Source: Methanococcus maripaludis (GTDB taxonomy: Archaea > AGJL01 > Methanococci > Methanococcales > Methanococcaceae). Taken from it: a stretch of 32,000 bases of DNA. The notes beneath the pieces were generated by a model, which was not told the DNA's origin, searched no databases, and saw only the letters and a list, made by a program, of their open reading frames with translations. Shown piece by piece: positions 17,879 through 28,476 of this stretch. The DNA is taken from NCBI RefSeq assembly GCF_002945325.1, contig NZ_CP026606.1, forward strand, positions 900,001-932,000, given 5' to 3'. The translations under genes and the position numbers were made by a program. The first letter of the stretch is position 1. Each line of letters opens with the position of its first letter.

Positions 17879-18427
17879 TTACTCGTAATGAAGGATAAGA
17901 TTTAATTTTGTAAGTTCTAAACCCCTATTTTCATAAACATGTGAGTTATTGGCATTAAACCTGATTGTATCATTTTTTTTAAGGAAATAATCAATTTCCC
18001 CTATTGAAATTAGCAGTTCACCTTCGAAAACAGTTATAATTTCTTCGGTTCCTTTCACGTGGCCTTCAGAATAATACTTGTGTCCAGGCTTTATCTCGAC
18101 AATATACGTTTCAAATCGTTTATCATCCTCAAAAGGAATTACTGGATAAAGTTTGTGGCCTTCACCTTCGAAAACAGGATTTAACTCTTCAAAGGGAATC
18201 TGATCAATCTCGGGTTTTTCGTTCTTTAAAAGTGAAGTGAATGAAACTTTTAAACCATTTGAAATCTTTAAAATTGTTGAAATTGTAGGGTTTACTTCTC
18301 CTCGCTCGATTTGACCGAGCATGCTCTTACTTACTCCAGTTAGATTAGATAACGCATCTAAACTTAGATCTTTCTTTTTACGGATTTTTTTCAGATTTTT
18401 AGAAATTGCCTTATTAAGATCCTTCAT
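17879..18427 (-). CDS. XRE-family transcriptional regulator with C-terminal cupin domain
   Basis: LSLDALSNLTGVSKSMLGQIERGEVNPTISTILKISNGL helix-turn-helix plus KYYSEGHVKGTEEIITVFEGELLI cupin. Confidence 0.9.
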   Translation of the reverse strand: MKDLNKAISKNLKKIRKKKDLSLDALSNLTGVSKSMLGQIERGEVNPTISTILKISNGLKVSFTSLLKNEKPEIDQIPFEELNPVFEGEGHKLYPVIPFEDDKRFETYIVEIKPGHKYYSEGHVKGTEEIITVFEGELLISIGEIDYFLKKNDTIRFNANNSHVYENRGLELTKLNLILHYE

Positions 18428-18465
18428 GACTTTTCCTCGTGCACTATAATGTATATATAGATTAG

Positions 18466-18497
18466 ATATACTACAATATACCCAATATACTGTATAT
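18466..18497. promoter_or_regulatory. iterated ATATAC/GTATAT motifs in the XRE-cupin/aminotransferase divergent promoter
   Basis: ATATAC at 18466, 18476 and 18485 followed by GTATAT at 18492. Confidence 0.4.
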
Positions 18498-18545
18498 TTG
18501 TATGTTATGAACTACCAAAATATATCTTTATCGAAAATTTAAGGG

Positions 18546-19739
18546 ATGCGTATGGCATTAAGCTACTCAAAACGGATGGAAAACATTAAATCTTCCGAAA
18601 TAAGGGAGATCTTAAAAGTTACTCAAAAACCTGAAATAATATCTTTTGCAGGCGGACTTCCTGCACCAGAACTCTTCCCAGTAAAAGAGATAAAAGAAAT
18701 TTCTGGAATTGTTCTCGACGAGATGGGTCCTGAATCCCTACAGTACGATATAACGGAAGGATACCCTCCACTCAGGCAGCAAATTTCAGAACGGATGAAT
18801 AAAGTACTAAAAACAGGGCTTACAGAAAATAATATCTTAATCGTCTGTGGATCCCAGCAAGGATTAGATTTCTCTGGAAAAGTATTCTTGGATGAAAATG
18901 ATGTAGTATTGTGTGAAAGTCCAACATACCTTGGAGCAATTAACGCCTTCAAATCATACGAGCCACAATTTAAAGAAGTTCCAACTGATGACTTTGGAAT
19001 GATTCCAGAAGAACTTGAAAAAATTTTAAAAACTACCAAAAATGTAAAACTCATTTATGCGATCCCTGATTTTCAAAACCCCACTGGAAAGACCTGGACT
19101 CTTGAAAGAAGGGAAAAATTCATGGAAATAATTGAAAAATATGAAATTCCTGTAGTGGAAGATAATCCTTACGGGGAATTAAGATTTGATGGAGAAATTT
19201 TGCCTTCGTTAAAATCAATGGATAAAAATGGTCTTATAATTCATTTGGGAACGTTTTCAAAAACATTCTGCCCAGGGCTTAGGGTTGGATGGATTGCTGC
19301 ATCTGAAGATATCCTTGAAAAATACATCTTTATAAAACAGAGCGCAGATCTGCACACCTCGTCATTTTCCCAGAGAATTATTTCAAAAATGCTTGAAAAT
19401 TACGATTTTGACGAAAGAGTGTCAAAATTAAAAGAATTGTATAAGGGAAGAAGAGATTTAATGATTAAAACAATTTCAGAAGAATTTCCAGAGGGGCTTA
19501 AATATACAAATCCTGAAGGCGGACTTTTTACATGGGTTGAACTTCCTGAAAAATATAATGCGCGCGAATTTTTAGATGAATGCCTGAAAAATAACGTTGC
19601 AATCGTTCCAGGAGGATCGTTCTTCCCAAACGGCGGTCATGAAAATTCTTTCAGGTTAAATTACTCAAATATGCCTGACGAAAAAATAGTTGAAGGAATT
19701 AAAAGGCTTTCAAAAGTTTTAAAAGAATATTTAAATTAA
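18546..19739 (+). CDS. PLP-dependent aminotransferase (class I/II, 2-aminoadipate/aromatic type)
   Basis: ISFAGGLPAPELFP, ILIVCGSQQGLDF, IPDFQNPTGKTW, GTFSKTFCPGLRVGW. Confidence 0.93.
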   Translation: MRMALSYSKRMENIKSSEIREILKVTQKPEIISFAGGLPAPELFPVKEIKEISGIVLDEMGPESLQYDITEGYPPLRQQISERMNKVLKTGLTENNILIVCGSQQGLDFSGKVFLDENDVVLCESPTYLGAINAFKSYEPQFKEVPTDDFGMIPEELEKILKTTKNVKLIYAIPDFQNPTGKTWTLERREKFMEIIEKYEIPVVEDNPYGELRFDGEILPSLKSMDKNGLIIHLGTFSKTFCPGLRVGWIAASEDILEKYIFIKQSADLHTSSFSQRIISKMLENYDFDERVSKLKELYKGRRDLMIKTISEEFPEGLKYTNPEGGLFTWVELPEKYNAREFLDECLKNNVAIVPGGSFFPNGGHENSFRLNYSNMPDEKIVEGIKRLSKVLKEYLN

Positions 19740-19760
19740 ATTTTAATTTCTACTTTTTTA

Positions 19761-20942
19761 TTATTTTACCCATGAATCGAGGGTTAATTTTGGTTTGAAC
19801 CACTTAACACTTACTGGAACCTTTGAAATATGGCCGTATTCTCCGCCCCCTCCAGGATAAATGTATATTTTACCGGTTCTGAAAAGGTCTATGATATGTC
19901 CTACTTTTTCATTTATTTTTTTGAGTTCAGATATATCTTCATTTATCAAAACATCAATTTCATTTCCATACTTTTCAATATACTGCTCCCAAATCGTATC
20001 TACAGACTTAGTTCCAATATTTTTTCCGATTGCAAGTGAAATTATTTCTGCAAGAGGGATTATTTTGTGATATTCTGGCCTGAAATCTGGGTGAACTACT
20101 TTTTTATCCTTTGAAAGTTCCAGAGTTTTATCATGAACTCCTTTTTTTATTGTTCCCTTACATTCGGGACATTTAAAATTGTTTTCTGTGGCGTCTTCTA
20201 ATGTAAATCTAGTGTAGCATCTCGTACATGCAGTTAAGTGATATTTTCCAAGATTTGGATCAAGTCCATAGTTTGCAGTTATTTTATTGTGTTTTAAAAC
20301 TTTTCTTACTTCTTCAAAGTTTGTTTCAAGTCCGCCAAGTTCATCTACATCCATCTGGTTAAATTCCCTTCCAAGCCGATGAGAATAAAATGAGTGGGCA
20401 TCAGAATTACTTAAAAAAGGCAGATCTCGAAGTTCTTCAACCATGTCTGCCATATCAGTATCAGCAGAAAGTCCTAACTCGATAAAATCTGGTTTTCTCG
20501 CATAACAATTATAAATTGAAGTAAATGATTTGTAAATACTTGTCCAGGGGGTAAATGCATGAGCTGGGCCGATAAGTCCGCCAATATCCCTTACTGCATC
20601 GATAATTTCCATTCCATTTAATGAAACTCTTGGTCTTCCATCAGCATCGATATTTTTTGAATATTTTGAAAATTTATCTCTTAAATCATGAGCCTGGGAA
20701 GTATGCGGCAGATATATTAGGTGATGGACCCGATTTCTATCCTCGACCTCTGTTGAAAGAAGAAGCGGTTTATTGACATTTTTTTCGATTTCTTCGAGCC
20801 ATTTTGAGTGTAAACAGTCTCCTGTCGCAATTAAATCGAGACCTTTTACTGGACCATATTTTAATATATGCTCGATATCCATATACTTAGAAGTTCCCAT
20901 AGAATATTTTGAGTGAATATGTAGATCCGCATTTATTATCAT
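19761..20942 (-). CDS. PHP-domain protein of the TIGR00375/endonuclease Q-like family
   Basis: NADLHIHSKYSMGTSKYM, ATGDCLHSKW, IGPAHAFTPWTSIY, FLSNSDAHSFYSHRLGREFN, and zinc-ribbon CTRCYTRF...CPECKG with YPGGGGEYG. Confidence 0.88.
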   Translation of the reverse strand: MIINADLHIHSKYSMGTSKYMDIEHILKYGPVKGLDLIATGDCLHSKWLEEIEKNVNKPLLLSTEVEDRNRVHHLIYLPHTSQAHDLRDKFSKYSKNIDADGRPRVSLNGMEIIDAVRDIGGLIGPAHAFTPWTSIYKSFTSIYNCYARKPDFIELGLSADTDMADMVEELRDLPFLSNSDAHSFYSHRLGREFNQMDVDELGGLETNFEEVRKVLKHNKITANYGLDPNLGKYHLTACTRCYTRFTLEDATENNFKCPECKGTIKKGVHDKTLELSKDKKVVHPDFRPEYHKIIPLAEIISLAIGKNIGTKSVDTIWEQYIEKYGNEIDVLINEDISELKKINEKVGHIIDLFRTGKIYIYPGGGGEYGHISKVPVSVKWFKPKLTLDSWVK

Positions 20943-20963
20943 GAAATCACCTGGTGAGATTAT

Positions 20964-22376
20964 ATGAATATAGATTATTCTGTTTTAAAAAAATACCCAT
21001 TGTGCGACAGATGTTTTGGAAGACTTTACGGAAAACTTATTAGGTCGAGTAATTTTGAGAGAGGGCATGCTTTAAAACTTGCAAAAGCAATCGAACTTGA
21101 AGAAGATTTAAGAACCGCTCTTGAAAAAATGAACGAAACTTCTGAAAATCCAGAATTAAAACCAATAGAACCTGAAAAATTAGAAGAAATTAAAGAATTG
21201 ATGTATTGCATTTATAAATCAGGAATTTCCGGAATAAAACTTGATTTAATTGACAATATTGAAAAATACGAAACAAAATTTAAAAATGAAGCCGAATACG
21301 AAAAAAACGAAGATTGTGACGAACTCTGCCCCTGGTGTAAAGGAATTTTTGAACCTGAAAATATTGAAACAGTTGCTGAAAATGTAGTTAATGCACTTTC
21401 TGAATACGAGTTTGACAGTTTTTTAATCGGTACAAAACTTCCAAAAAGGTTTAAAGAACTTGAAAAAGAGATTGAAACCCCATTCATAGAAAGTATAAGA
21501 CAGGAATTTGGAAGAGAACTTGGAAAAGTTGTAGTACCATTAGTTAAAAGACGGGTTGACAAGGAAAATCCGGACATCGTTGTAATGGTGAACCCATACA
21601 ATCAAAAAGTTACGCTTCAGGTAAACCCCGTATTTATCAAAGGACGGTATAAAAAGCTCGTTAGAGGAATTCCCCAAAGCCACTGGCACTGTAGATCGTG
21701 TAAAGGAAAAGGCTGTGAAAAATGCAACTTTACAGGAAAACAGTACATGACATCAGTTGAAGAAATTATTGCAGAACCATTCATGGAAGTTATGAAAGGA
21801 AGTTCAGAAGCACTTCACGGTGCGGGGCGAGAAGACATCGACGTTAGAATGCTTGGAAATGGAAGGCCGTTTGTAATTGAAATAAAAGAGCCAAAGATTA
21901 GAAAAGTTAATTTAGAAGAGCTTGCTTCAAAAGTTAATGAATCTGGAAATGTTGAAATAATAAATGTTGAATACGGGGTTAAAAAGGACGTTCACTTCTT
22001 CAAAAACGAACCGCATAAAAAAACATACCTTGCTCACGTTGAGTGCGAAGAAAAAGTATCAAATGAAGAAGTAGCCGAATTAGTAAAAAAACTCGAAGAT
22101 TTGACGATTGATCAAAGAACGCCCGATAGAGTCTCGCATCGAAGGGCAGACCTCGTGCGTGTACGGAAAGTATATAAAGCTTGGCCCCATATGATTGATG
22201 ATCATAACTTTGAACTTAAAATATTCTGCGATGGCGGATTATACATCAAAGAGCTTATTAACAGTGATGAAGGAAGAACAACCCCTTCCGTTTCGGAATT
22301 GTTAAATAAAAAATGTATCTGTAAATTTTTAGATGTTCTGGATGTTCACGACTATGAAGATGCAGAAAATATCTAA
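20964..22376 (+). CDS. pus10: tRNA pseudouridine(54/55) synthase Pus10
   Basis: YPLCDRCFGRLYGKL N-terminal Zn motif, THUMP-like region, HWHCRSCKGKGCEKCNFTGKQY, GAGREDIDVRMLGNGRPFVIEIKEPK, EGRTTPSVSELL. Confidence 0.96.
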   Translation: MNIDYSVLKKYPLCDRCFGRLYGKLIRSSNFERGHALKLAKAIELEEDLRTALEKMNETSENPELKPIEPEKLEEIKELMYCIYKSGISGIKLDLIDNIEKYETKFKNEAEYEKNEDCDELCPWCKGIFEPENIETVAENVVNALSEYEFDSFLIGTKLPKRFKELEKEIETPFIESIRQEFGRELGKVVVPLVKRRVDKENPDIVVMVNPYNQKVTLQVNPVFIKGRYKKLVRGIPQSHWHCRSCKGKGCEKCNFTGKQYMTSVEEIIAEPFMEVMKGSSEALHGAGREDIDVRMLGNGRPFVIEIKEPKIRKVNLEELASKVNESGNVEIINVEYGVKKDVHFFKNEPHKKTYLAHVECEEKVSNEEVAELVKKLEDLTIDQRTPDRVSHRRADLVRVRKVYKAWPHMIDDHNFELKIFCDGGLYIKELINSDEGRTTPSVSELLNKKCICKFLDVLDVHDYEDAENI

Positions 22377-22461
22377 AATAGAAATGGTTATATATTGGTA
22401 GTGAAAAAAAGGATAGACACTATGCCAATTATGTTCATGAAACACATTAGGAGGAATAACT

Positions 22462-22755
22462 ATGCAAAAAAGTGAAGGATTTAGAAGCAAAACAAGATAT
22501 AAACTTCAGAAACACCCAAGACAGAAAGGAATGGCTCCTTTAACAAGAGCTTTAAAATGCTACACTGAAGGAGACCTTGTTCACGTAGTACTCGACCCTT
22601 CAGTACAGAAAGGAATGCCTCACCCAAAATTCCACGGTAAAACGGGAGTTGTTGTTGCTCAAAGAGGAAGTTCATTCTTAGTTAGAGTAAAAGATGGCGG
22701 AAAATACAAAGATATTATTGCTAGACCGCAACACTTAAGAGAATCTAAATTATAA
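22462..22755 (+). CDS. rpl21e: 50S ribosomal protein L21e
   Basis: GFRSKTRYKLQKHPRQKGMAPLTRAL, GDLVHVVLDPSVQKGMPHPKFHGKTGVV. Confidence 0.97.
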   Translation: MQKSEGFRSKTRYKLQKHPRQKGMAPLTRALKCYTEGDLVHVVLDPSVQKGMPHPKFHGKTGVVVAQRGSSFLVRVKDGGKYKDIIARPQHLRESKL

Positions 22756-22791
22756 TTATTTTAGATATCTTTTTTTTAGACTAATCTGTTT

Positions 22792-23127
22792 TTGAGGGAG
22801 ATTATGATTGGAAAAGAAATTATTTCCGAAAAATACACAACAATTGCTCATGCAACCGAAATTATGGATGAAAGAGCAGATTTTGACGAATTATCGTATG
22901 AACACGGTTGTTCACTTGATTATTTAAGAAAATTTTCAACAATAAGTAAAGAAGATGCTGACGCTATGTTTGAACAGCTCGTAAATTTAGGTTTAACTGA
23001 AAAAATGGCAGTTAAAATTATTGACTTACTTCCTGAAACAGAAGAAGACTTAAAAATCATATTCTATAGAGTTGACGTCCCTGAAAACAAGGACGAAATT
23101 TTAGAAGTAGTTAGTAAATTCAAATAA
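22792..23127 (+). CDS. rpoF: DNA-directed RNA polymerase subunit F (Rpo4)
   Basis: Rpb4-like 111 aa protein located between L21e and DUF655 as in other euryarchaea; YLRKFSTISKEDA...LTEKMAVKIIDLLPETEEDLKII. Confidence 0.9.
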   Translation: MREIMIGKEIISEKYTTIAHATEIMDERADFDELSYEHGCSLDYLRKFSTISKEDADAMFEQLVNLGLTEKMAVKIIDLLPETEEDLKIIFYRVDVPENKDEILEVVSKFK

Positions 23128-23227
23128 CGCTTTTCTACCATTTTATTATTGAACCAATTAGTTTTTTATTGAATTAACTCGATATTAAGTAATGTTATTT
23201 TAATTTTCAACATTGATAGGTGTAAGT

Positions 23228-23812
23228 ATGAGAGAGGGGCATGAACAAAATAAACGAGAGTTTGAAGATTACGCATACGTTTTAGACTTCTTAGAATATG
23301 GTTACCCTGAAGATACTAGGCCACTTCATCAAAAAAAACCAATTGCACAAGCTTTTGGCGAAAAACAGTTTGTAATGATGGAATTAACTTTTAAGGATAA
23401 TCAGGTTGCAGATCTTGCAGAAAAACTCTACATAGGGAAAGGTAAACGGGAAAAAGTAGAATTCGTATCAAAAATGCTAAAATACGAACAATTAACACCT
23501 ACTGCAAAAACAGAACTTCTTCACGTTATAAAAGAAGCTGTTAAAGCACAGGAAGAAAGATTTATCGAATTTTTAAACAATTGCGGGCCAATTACAAACA
23601 GGATGCATACATTACAACTGCTTCCGGGAATTGGTAAAACTTCAATGTGGAAAGTAATTGAAGAAAGGGAAATAAAAAAATTTGAAAGCTTTAAGGATTT
23701 TGAAGACAGGGTTAGAAAAAATATAGTTGATCCGTTAGCAAAAAGAATAGAAGAGGAATTAAAAGAGCCTCAAAAACACTATGTCCTTGTAAAGTGGAAA
23801 ACTACCCACTAA
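23228..23812 (+). CDS. DUF655 family protein (OB/HhH-like, putative RNA-binding)
   Basis: FEDYAYVLDFLEYG..., LQLLPGIGKTSMWKVIEEREIKKFESFKDFEDRV; conserved neighbour of rpo4. Start at internal ATG preferred over the track's non-ATG start. Confidence 0.87.
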   Translation: MREGHEQNKREFEDYAYVLDFLEYGYPEDTRPLHQKKPIAQAFGEKQFVMMELTFKDNQVADLAEKLYIGKGKREKVEFVSKMLKYEQLTPTAKTELLHVIKEAVKAQEERFIEFLNNCGPITNRMHTLQLLPGIGKTSMWKVIEEREIKKFESFKDFEDRVRKNIVDPLAKRIEEELKEPQKHYVLVKWKTTH

Positions 23813-23834
23813 TCTCTTTTTTTTTGGTGTTATT

Positions 23835-24902
23835 TTGAAAATATTACTTCCCTCCATATATTATCCATTTATTGGAGGAGTTTCAATACATGTTGAAAAT
23901 TTAATAAAAAATTTAAACAAACTAGACGATTTTGAATTCCATATTTTAAACTACAATTTTGATGAAACCATTAATAATTCTTTTGAAAACGTTACAATCC
24001 ATAAAGTTCCGTACTTTTCAAAATTAAGGGGCCCTAGCTACATTTTAAATGGGTATAAAATCGGGAAAAAAATAATTAAAGACGAAAAAATAGATTTAAT
24101 TCACAGCCACTATGCAGCACCCCAAGGATTTTTAGGGGCAACTTTAGGAAAAAAATGCAGTATTCCAACAGTTTTAACACTTCATGGAAGCGATGTATTG
24201 AATTTATCAAAAAATACTTTTGGAAAATACTTTTTTAATTATGCAGTTTATAATTCTGAAAAAATAATCTGCGTTAGCGAATTTTTAAAAAATAATTTAA
24301 AAACAAATTTTAATCTTGATTCAGACGTCATATACAACGGATTTGATGAAGAATTGTTTAATCCATCGGATAACGATAAAAATTATGGATTATTTGTCGG
24401 ATCATTGGTTGAACAAAAAGGAATCTTTTATTTTTTAGAAAGTATCAAAAATATTGATTTTAATTTTAAAATCATTGGTAATGGCCCACTTTATACTAAA
24501 ATAATGGATTTTATAAAAGTAAACGACATTAAAAACGTTGAATTGCTTGGTACAAAAACGCAAAGCCAAGTTTCAGAATATTTAAAAAATTGCAGTTTTT
24601 TGGTGCTTCCTTCGATTTCAGAAGGTCTTGGAATGACCATCATAGAAGCTTTTGCATGCAAAAAAGCAGTTATTGGATCTAATGTTGGCGGAATTCCTGA
24701 ATTGATTAAAGATGAAATAAATGGGTACATTGTTCCTCCAAAAAATACAAAAATCCTCGAAGATAAAATAAATATGCTTGTTAATGATAAAAATTTAAGA
24801 AAATCTCTTGGAAATGAAGGTTTGAATTATTCAAAAAACTTTTCCTGGAGATTATCTTCAAAAAAAACTTATGATATATATGATTCACTATTGAATAGAT
24901 AA
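23835..24902 (+). CDS. glycosyltransferase family 4 protein
   Basis: YYPFIGGVSIHVENL, TLHGSDVLNLS, VLPSISEGLGMTIIEAFACKKAVIGSNVGGIPELI. Confidence 0.93.
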   Translation: MKILLPSIYYPFIGGVSIHVENLIKNLNKLDDFEFHILNYNFDETINNSFENVTIHKVPYFSKLRGPSYILNGYKIGKKIIKDEKIDLIHSHYAAPQGFLGATLGKKCSIPTVLTLHGSDVLNLSKNTFGKYFFNYAVYNSEKIICVSEFLKNNLKTNFNLDSDVIYNGFDEELFNPSDNDKNYGLFVGSLVEQKGIFYFLESIKNIDFNFKIIGNGPLYTKIMDFIKVNDIKNVELLGTKTQSQVSEYLKNCSFLVLPSISEGLGMTIIEAFACKKAVIGSNVGGIPELIKDEINGYIVPPKNTKILEDKINMLVNDKNLRKSLGNEGLNYSKNFSWRLSSKKTYDIYDSLLNR

Positions 24903-24917
24903 ATTGCTTGTGAAAAT

Positions 24918-25523
24918 ATGATTCCTGTTTTTTTAGATTTGAGCGGATTTAATGTTTTGATTTTTGGATTTGGAAGCGTTGGAAAAAGAAGATTTGAAAA
25001 ATTCCTAAATAGCAATGCAAAAATTACCATTTATTCCAAAAATATTGATAAACTTGATATTTCAAAATACGAAAATGCGAGATTTTTTGAATCCGATGTA
25101 ACTAATTTAAGTGATGAAGAACTATATTCAATAATAAAAAGTCACGATATTATAATAACCGCGATCGACGAAAAAAACAATAAACGGATTGTTTCGATTG
25201 CAAAAAGTATAAAAAAATTCATAAATTCTTCAACTTTTGAAAAAGAATCTAATTTGATAGTTCCTGCATGCTGTGAGGTTGATGGTGTCTCATTTGCAGT
25301 ATATACTGGCGGAAAAAGTCCGATTATTGCAAGGGAAATTCGAAAGAATGTTGAAGGATATTTAAAAAATTCTGAATTTGAACTTGATTTCCAAAATAAA
25401 CTTCGTGATTTTTTAAAAAGTGAAATTGAAGATCAGAACGAAAGAAAAAAAGTTCTTGAAACCGTATTTAATGATGAAAAATTTAAAAAAGAACTTTTAG
25501 AACTTATTGAAAAACATAGGTGA
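24918..25523 (+). CDS. precorrin-2 dehydrogenase/sirohydrochlorin ferrochelatase (Met8/CysG N-terminal-like)
   Basis: [75 protein letters not shown]. Confidence 0.88.
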   Translation: MIPVFLDLSGFNVLIFGFGSVGKRRFEKFLNSNAKITIYSKNIDKLDISKYENARFFESDVTNLSDEELYSIIKSHDIIITAIDEKNNKRIVSIAKSIKKFINSSTFEKESNLIVPACCEVDGVSFAVYTGGKSPIIAREIRKNVEGYLKNSEFELDFQNKLRDFLKSEIEDQNERKKVLETVFNDEKFKKELLELIEKHR

Positions 25524-25527
25524 ATCT

Positions 25528-26676
25528 ATGTTGGTTGTTAGAGCAGATTACAAAAAATATCCGATACCAGTTCTTGAAAAAATGAGAATTGACGAGGATG
25601 AATTTTATAAAAAATATGATGCATGTGTTGTAGTTCAAACTTGTAACAGGATTGAAGCTTACTTTGATACTGAAGTAAATTCTGATGTAGATTGTATTTT
25701 GAGCGATTTTTCAGGATTTGACATTTTAAAAGGAAAAAATGCAACTTTTCATTTTTTAAAAGTGTCTTGTGGAATGGACTCGATGATACTTGGGGAAAAC
25801 CAGATTTTGGGCCAGATTAAAACAAGTTTTCAAAAAGCGCGAGAACTTAAAAAAACAAGCCGTTATTTGGACAGCGTTTTTTTAAAAGCAATACACGTTG
25901 GACAGCGTGCAAGAACTGAAACCAAAATTAACGAAGGCAGTGTTTCAATTGGAAGTGCAGCAGTCGAACTTGCGGAAAAAAACTTCGGACTTGCAAACAA
26001 AAATGTATTACTAATCGGTGCAGGAGAAATTGGAACTTTGGTTGCAAAAGCACTCATGGAAAAACATATAAAAGCTGTAATTGTTGCAAATAGAACTTAC
26101 GAACGTGCGGAAACACTCGCAAAAGAATTAAAAGGAATGGCAGTTCATTTTGACAAATTAAAAGAAGCAATTAACTTTAGTGATGTTATAATCTGTGCTA
26201 CATCTTCACCCCACTACATTTTAAAAAAAGAAGATTTAATTGACGTTGGAAACAAGATTATAATTGATATAGCAAACCCTAGAGACGTTGACGATGCGGT
26301 AAGGGAATTTGAAAATATAAATCTATATACTATTGACGATTTAAGAAATATATCTGATAAAAATCTTCAAAAACGAATTGGAGAAGTTCCCACCGTTGAA
26401 AAAATTATTAATGAAGAATACAATGTTCTTATGAAACAGATTGAAAAAATCAATGTTGAAGAAGTTTTAAAAGATTTTAATAATTATATTGAAGAAATTC
26501 GAGTAAAAGAGCTTGAAAAAGCAATTAAACTTTCTAAAACCAAAAATCCCGAAGAAATTATGGAAAACTTCTCTAAAGCGTTTGCAAAAAGAATAACCCA
26601 TGATTTTGTATCCTACTCAATTAATACTTCAAAAGAAGACCTTATGAACTCGGCATGGTGGAAAAATGGAAAATAA
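25528..26676 (+). CDS. hemA: glutamyl-tRNA reductase
   Basis: [40 protein letters not shown]-like [45 protein letters not shown] 25528 with GGTG upstream. Confidence 0.97.
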   Translation: MLVVRADYKKYPIPVLEKMRIDEDEFYKKYDACVVVQTCNRIEAYFDTEVNSDVDCILSDFSGFDILKGKNATFHFLKVSCGMDSMILGENQILGQIKTSFQKARELKKTSRYLDSVFLKAIHVGQRARTETKINEGSVSIGSAAVELAEKNFGLANKNVLLIGAGEIGTLVAKALMEKHIKAVIVANRTYERAETLAKELKGMAVHFDKLKEAINFSDVIICATSSPHYILKKEDLIDVGNKIIIDIANPRDVDDAVREFENINLYTIDDLRNISDKNLQKRIGEVPTVEKIINEEYNVLMKQIEKINVEEVLKDFNNYIEEIRVKELEKAIKLSKTKNPEEIMENFSKAFAKRITHDFVSYSINTSKEDLMNSAWWKNGK

Positions 26677-27892
26677 CGTTAATATCGATGAAATCGTTGA
26701 AAAACTACTTAAAAAAGAAATAAAAGTTTACCAGCTTGATTCAGAATTTGGAGAAAGAAATGCAGTTATTGCAAGGCGAAAATACGTTGAAAAACTATCA
26801 AACGTTGAAACAAGGCATATTCAGGAATACACGCTTGACGAAAAACTTGCAATGCAAAAAAACATTGAAAACATGATTGGTGCAGTCCAGATTCCACTCG
26901 GGTTTGCAGGCCCAATTTCAATCAATGGAAAATATGCACAAGGTGAGTTTAACGTGCCTCTCGCAACTACAGAGGGTGCTCTCGTTGCATCAATTAATCG
27001 AGGGTGCAGTATTATTACAAAATGTGGTGGTGCAACAGTACGCGTGATCGACGACAAGATGACGCGTGCGCCAATAATTAAAACGAACTCTGTAGTTGAT
27101 GCTTTAAAATTAAAAGAGTGGATATTAGACAACTTCGCAAAGATAAAAGAAATTGCGGAATCCACAACAAGACATGGTAAGCTAATTCAGATAAGTCCGA
27201 TTTTGATAGTTGGAAAAAACGTGTACCCGAGGTTTACTTTTAAAACAGGGGATGCAATGGGAATGAACATGGTAACAATTGCAACCGAAAAAGCCTGCTC
27301 ATTTATCGAATCAGAACTTAAAAAAGAAGGAATAATTATAGATACGGTTGCATTAAGCGGTAATGTCTGTGTTGATAAAAAACCTGCTGCAATAAACCTG
27401 ATCGAAGGACGGGGAAAAAGTGTTGTTGCAGAAGTATTTTTAAAAGAAGAATACGTTGAAAAATATCTAAAAACCACTTCAAAAGCAATTGAACAGGTAA
27501 ACACTTACAAAAATTTAATTGGTTCAGCAATAAGTTCATCATTAGGGTTTAACGCACAGTACGCAAATATTGTTGGTGCATTATTCTTAGCAACCGGGCA
27601 GGACGAAGCACATATTGTTGAAGGAAGTATGGGAATTACAACTGCAGAATGTACTGGTGATGGCCTTTATTTCTCAGTTACACTTCCAGATTTGCCTGTT
27701 GCAACAATTGGCGGTGGAACAAGAGTTGAAACTCAGAGGGAATGTCTCGAAATACTCGGATGTGCAGGTGCTGAAAAAGCAGTTAAATTTGCAGAAATTG
27801 CAGGTGCCGCTGTTTTAGCAGGTGAATTATCACTTATTGGCGCCCTTGCTGCAGGACATCTTGCAAAAGCGCATTCTGAACTTGGAAGATAA
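26666..27892 (+). CDS. hmgA: 3-hydroxy-3-methylglutaryl-CoA reductase
   Basis: [74 protein letters not shown]. Confidence 0.98.
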   Translation: MENNVNIDEIVEKLLKKEIKVYQLDSEFGERNAVIARRKYVEKLSNVETRHIQEYTLDEKLAMQKNIENMIGAVQIPLGFAGPISINGKYAQGEFNVPLATTEGALVASINRGCSIITKCGGATVRVIDDKMTRAPIIKTNSVVDALKLKEWILDNFAKIKEIAESTTRHGKLIQISPILIVGKNVYPRFTFKTGDAMGMNMVTIATEKACSFIESELKKEGIIIDTVALSGNVCVDKKPAAINLIEGRGKSVVAEVFLKEEYVEKYLKTTSKAIEQVNTYKNLIGSAISSSLGFNAQYANIVGALFLATGQDEAHIVEGSMGITTAECTGDGLYFSVTLPDLPVATIGGGTRVETQRECLEILGCAGAEKAVKFAEIAGAAVLAGELSLIGALAAGHLAKAHSELGR

Positions 27893-28011
27893 TTTTTCAT
27901 TTCTAAAAACTTTTTTTGAATTTTTAAAGAATAAATCATTTCACAAACTAAAAAAACATTTAAATCATTTATTTTATATACCAATTTTAAGATAATATAT
28001 GATAATTACTT

Positions 28012-28476
28012 ATGAAAAGTGGAACTATGGAATCGTTTTTGACAGAAATTCAGATAAATGTGCTAAACCTCAGGAAAAGAGGCCACACTCAAGATGAAAT
28101 TGCCAATATTATGGGGACAAGTAGGGCAAACATCAGCATGATCGAGAAAAGAGCTCGCGAAAACATTGAAAAAGCGCGGAATACATTGAGTATCTATAAC
28201 GATATAATCGCACCTTCTAAGATTAAAATAGATAAGGGAACTGACGTATTTAGTATCCCAAAAATTATTTTTTCAAAGTCCGATCAGGAAGAAATACATG
28301 TAAACTACTCTTCACTTCAAATCATGGAGTTTGTAAACCAGAATGCTCAAAGGTACATCAAAAACAGAATGGTAGTAGAACCATTTGTTGTGACCATACT
28401 TCAAAACGGAGATATATTCGTTCACGATTACGAAGAAAGTGAAGAAAACGAGAAAATGCCTAAAAAAGAGATATAA
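28012..28476 (+). CDS. Tfx-family DNA-binding (HTH) protein
   Basis: [52 protein letters not shown]; start may instead be ATG 28027. Confidence 0.9.
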
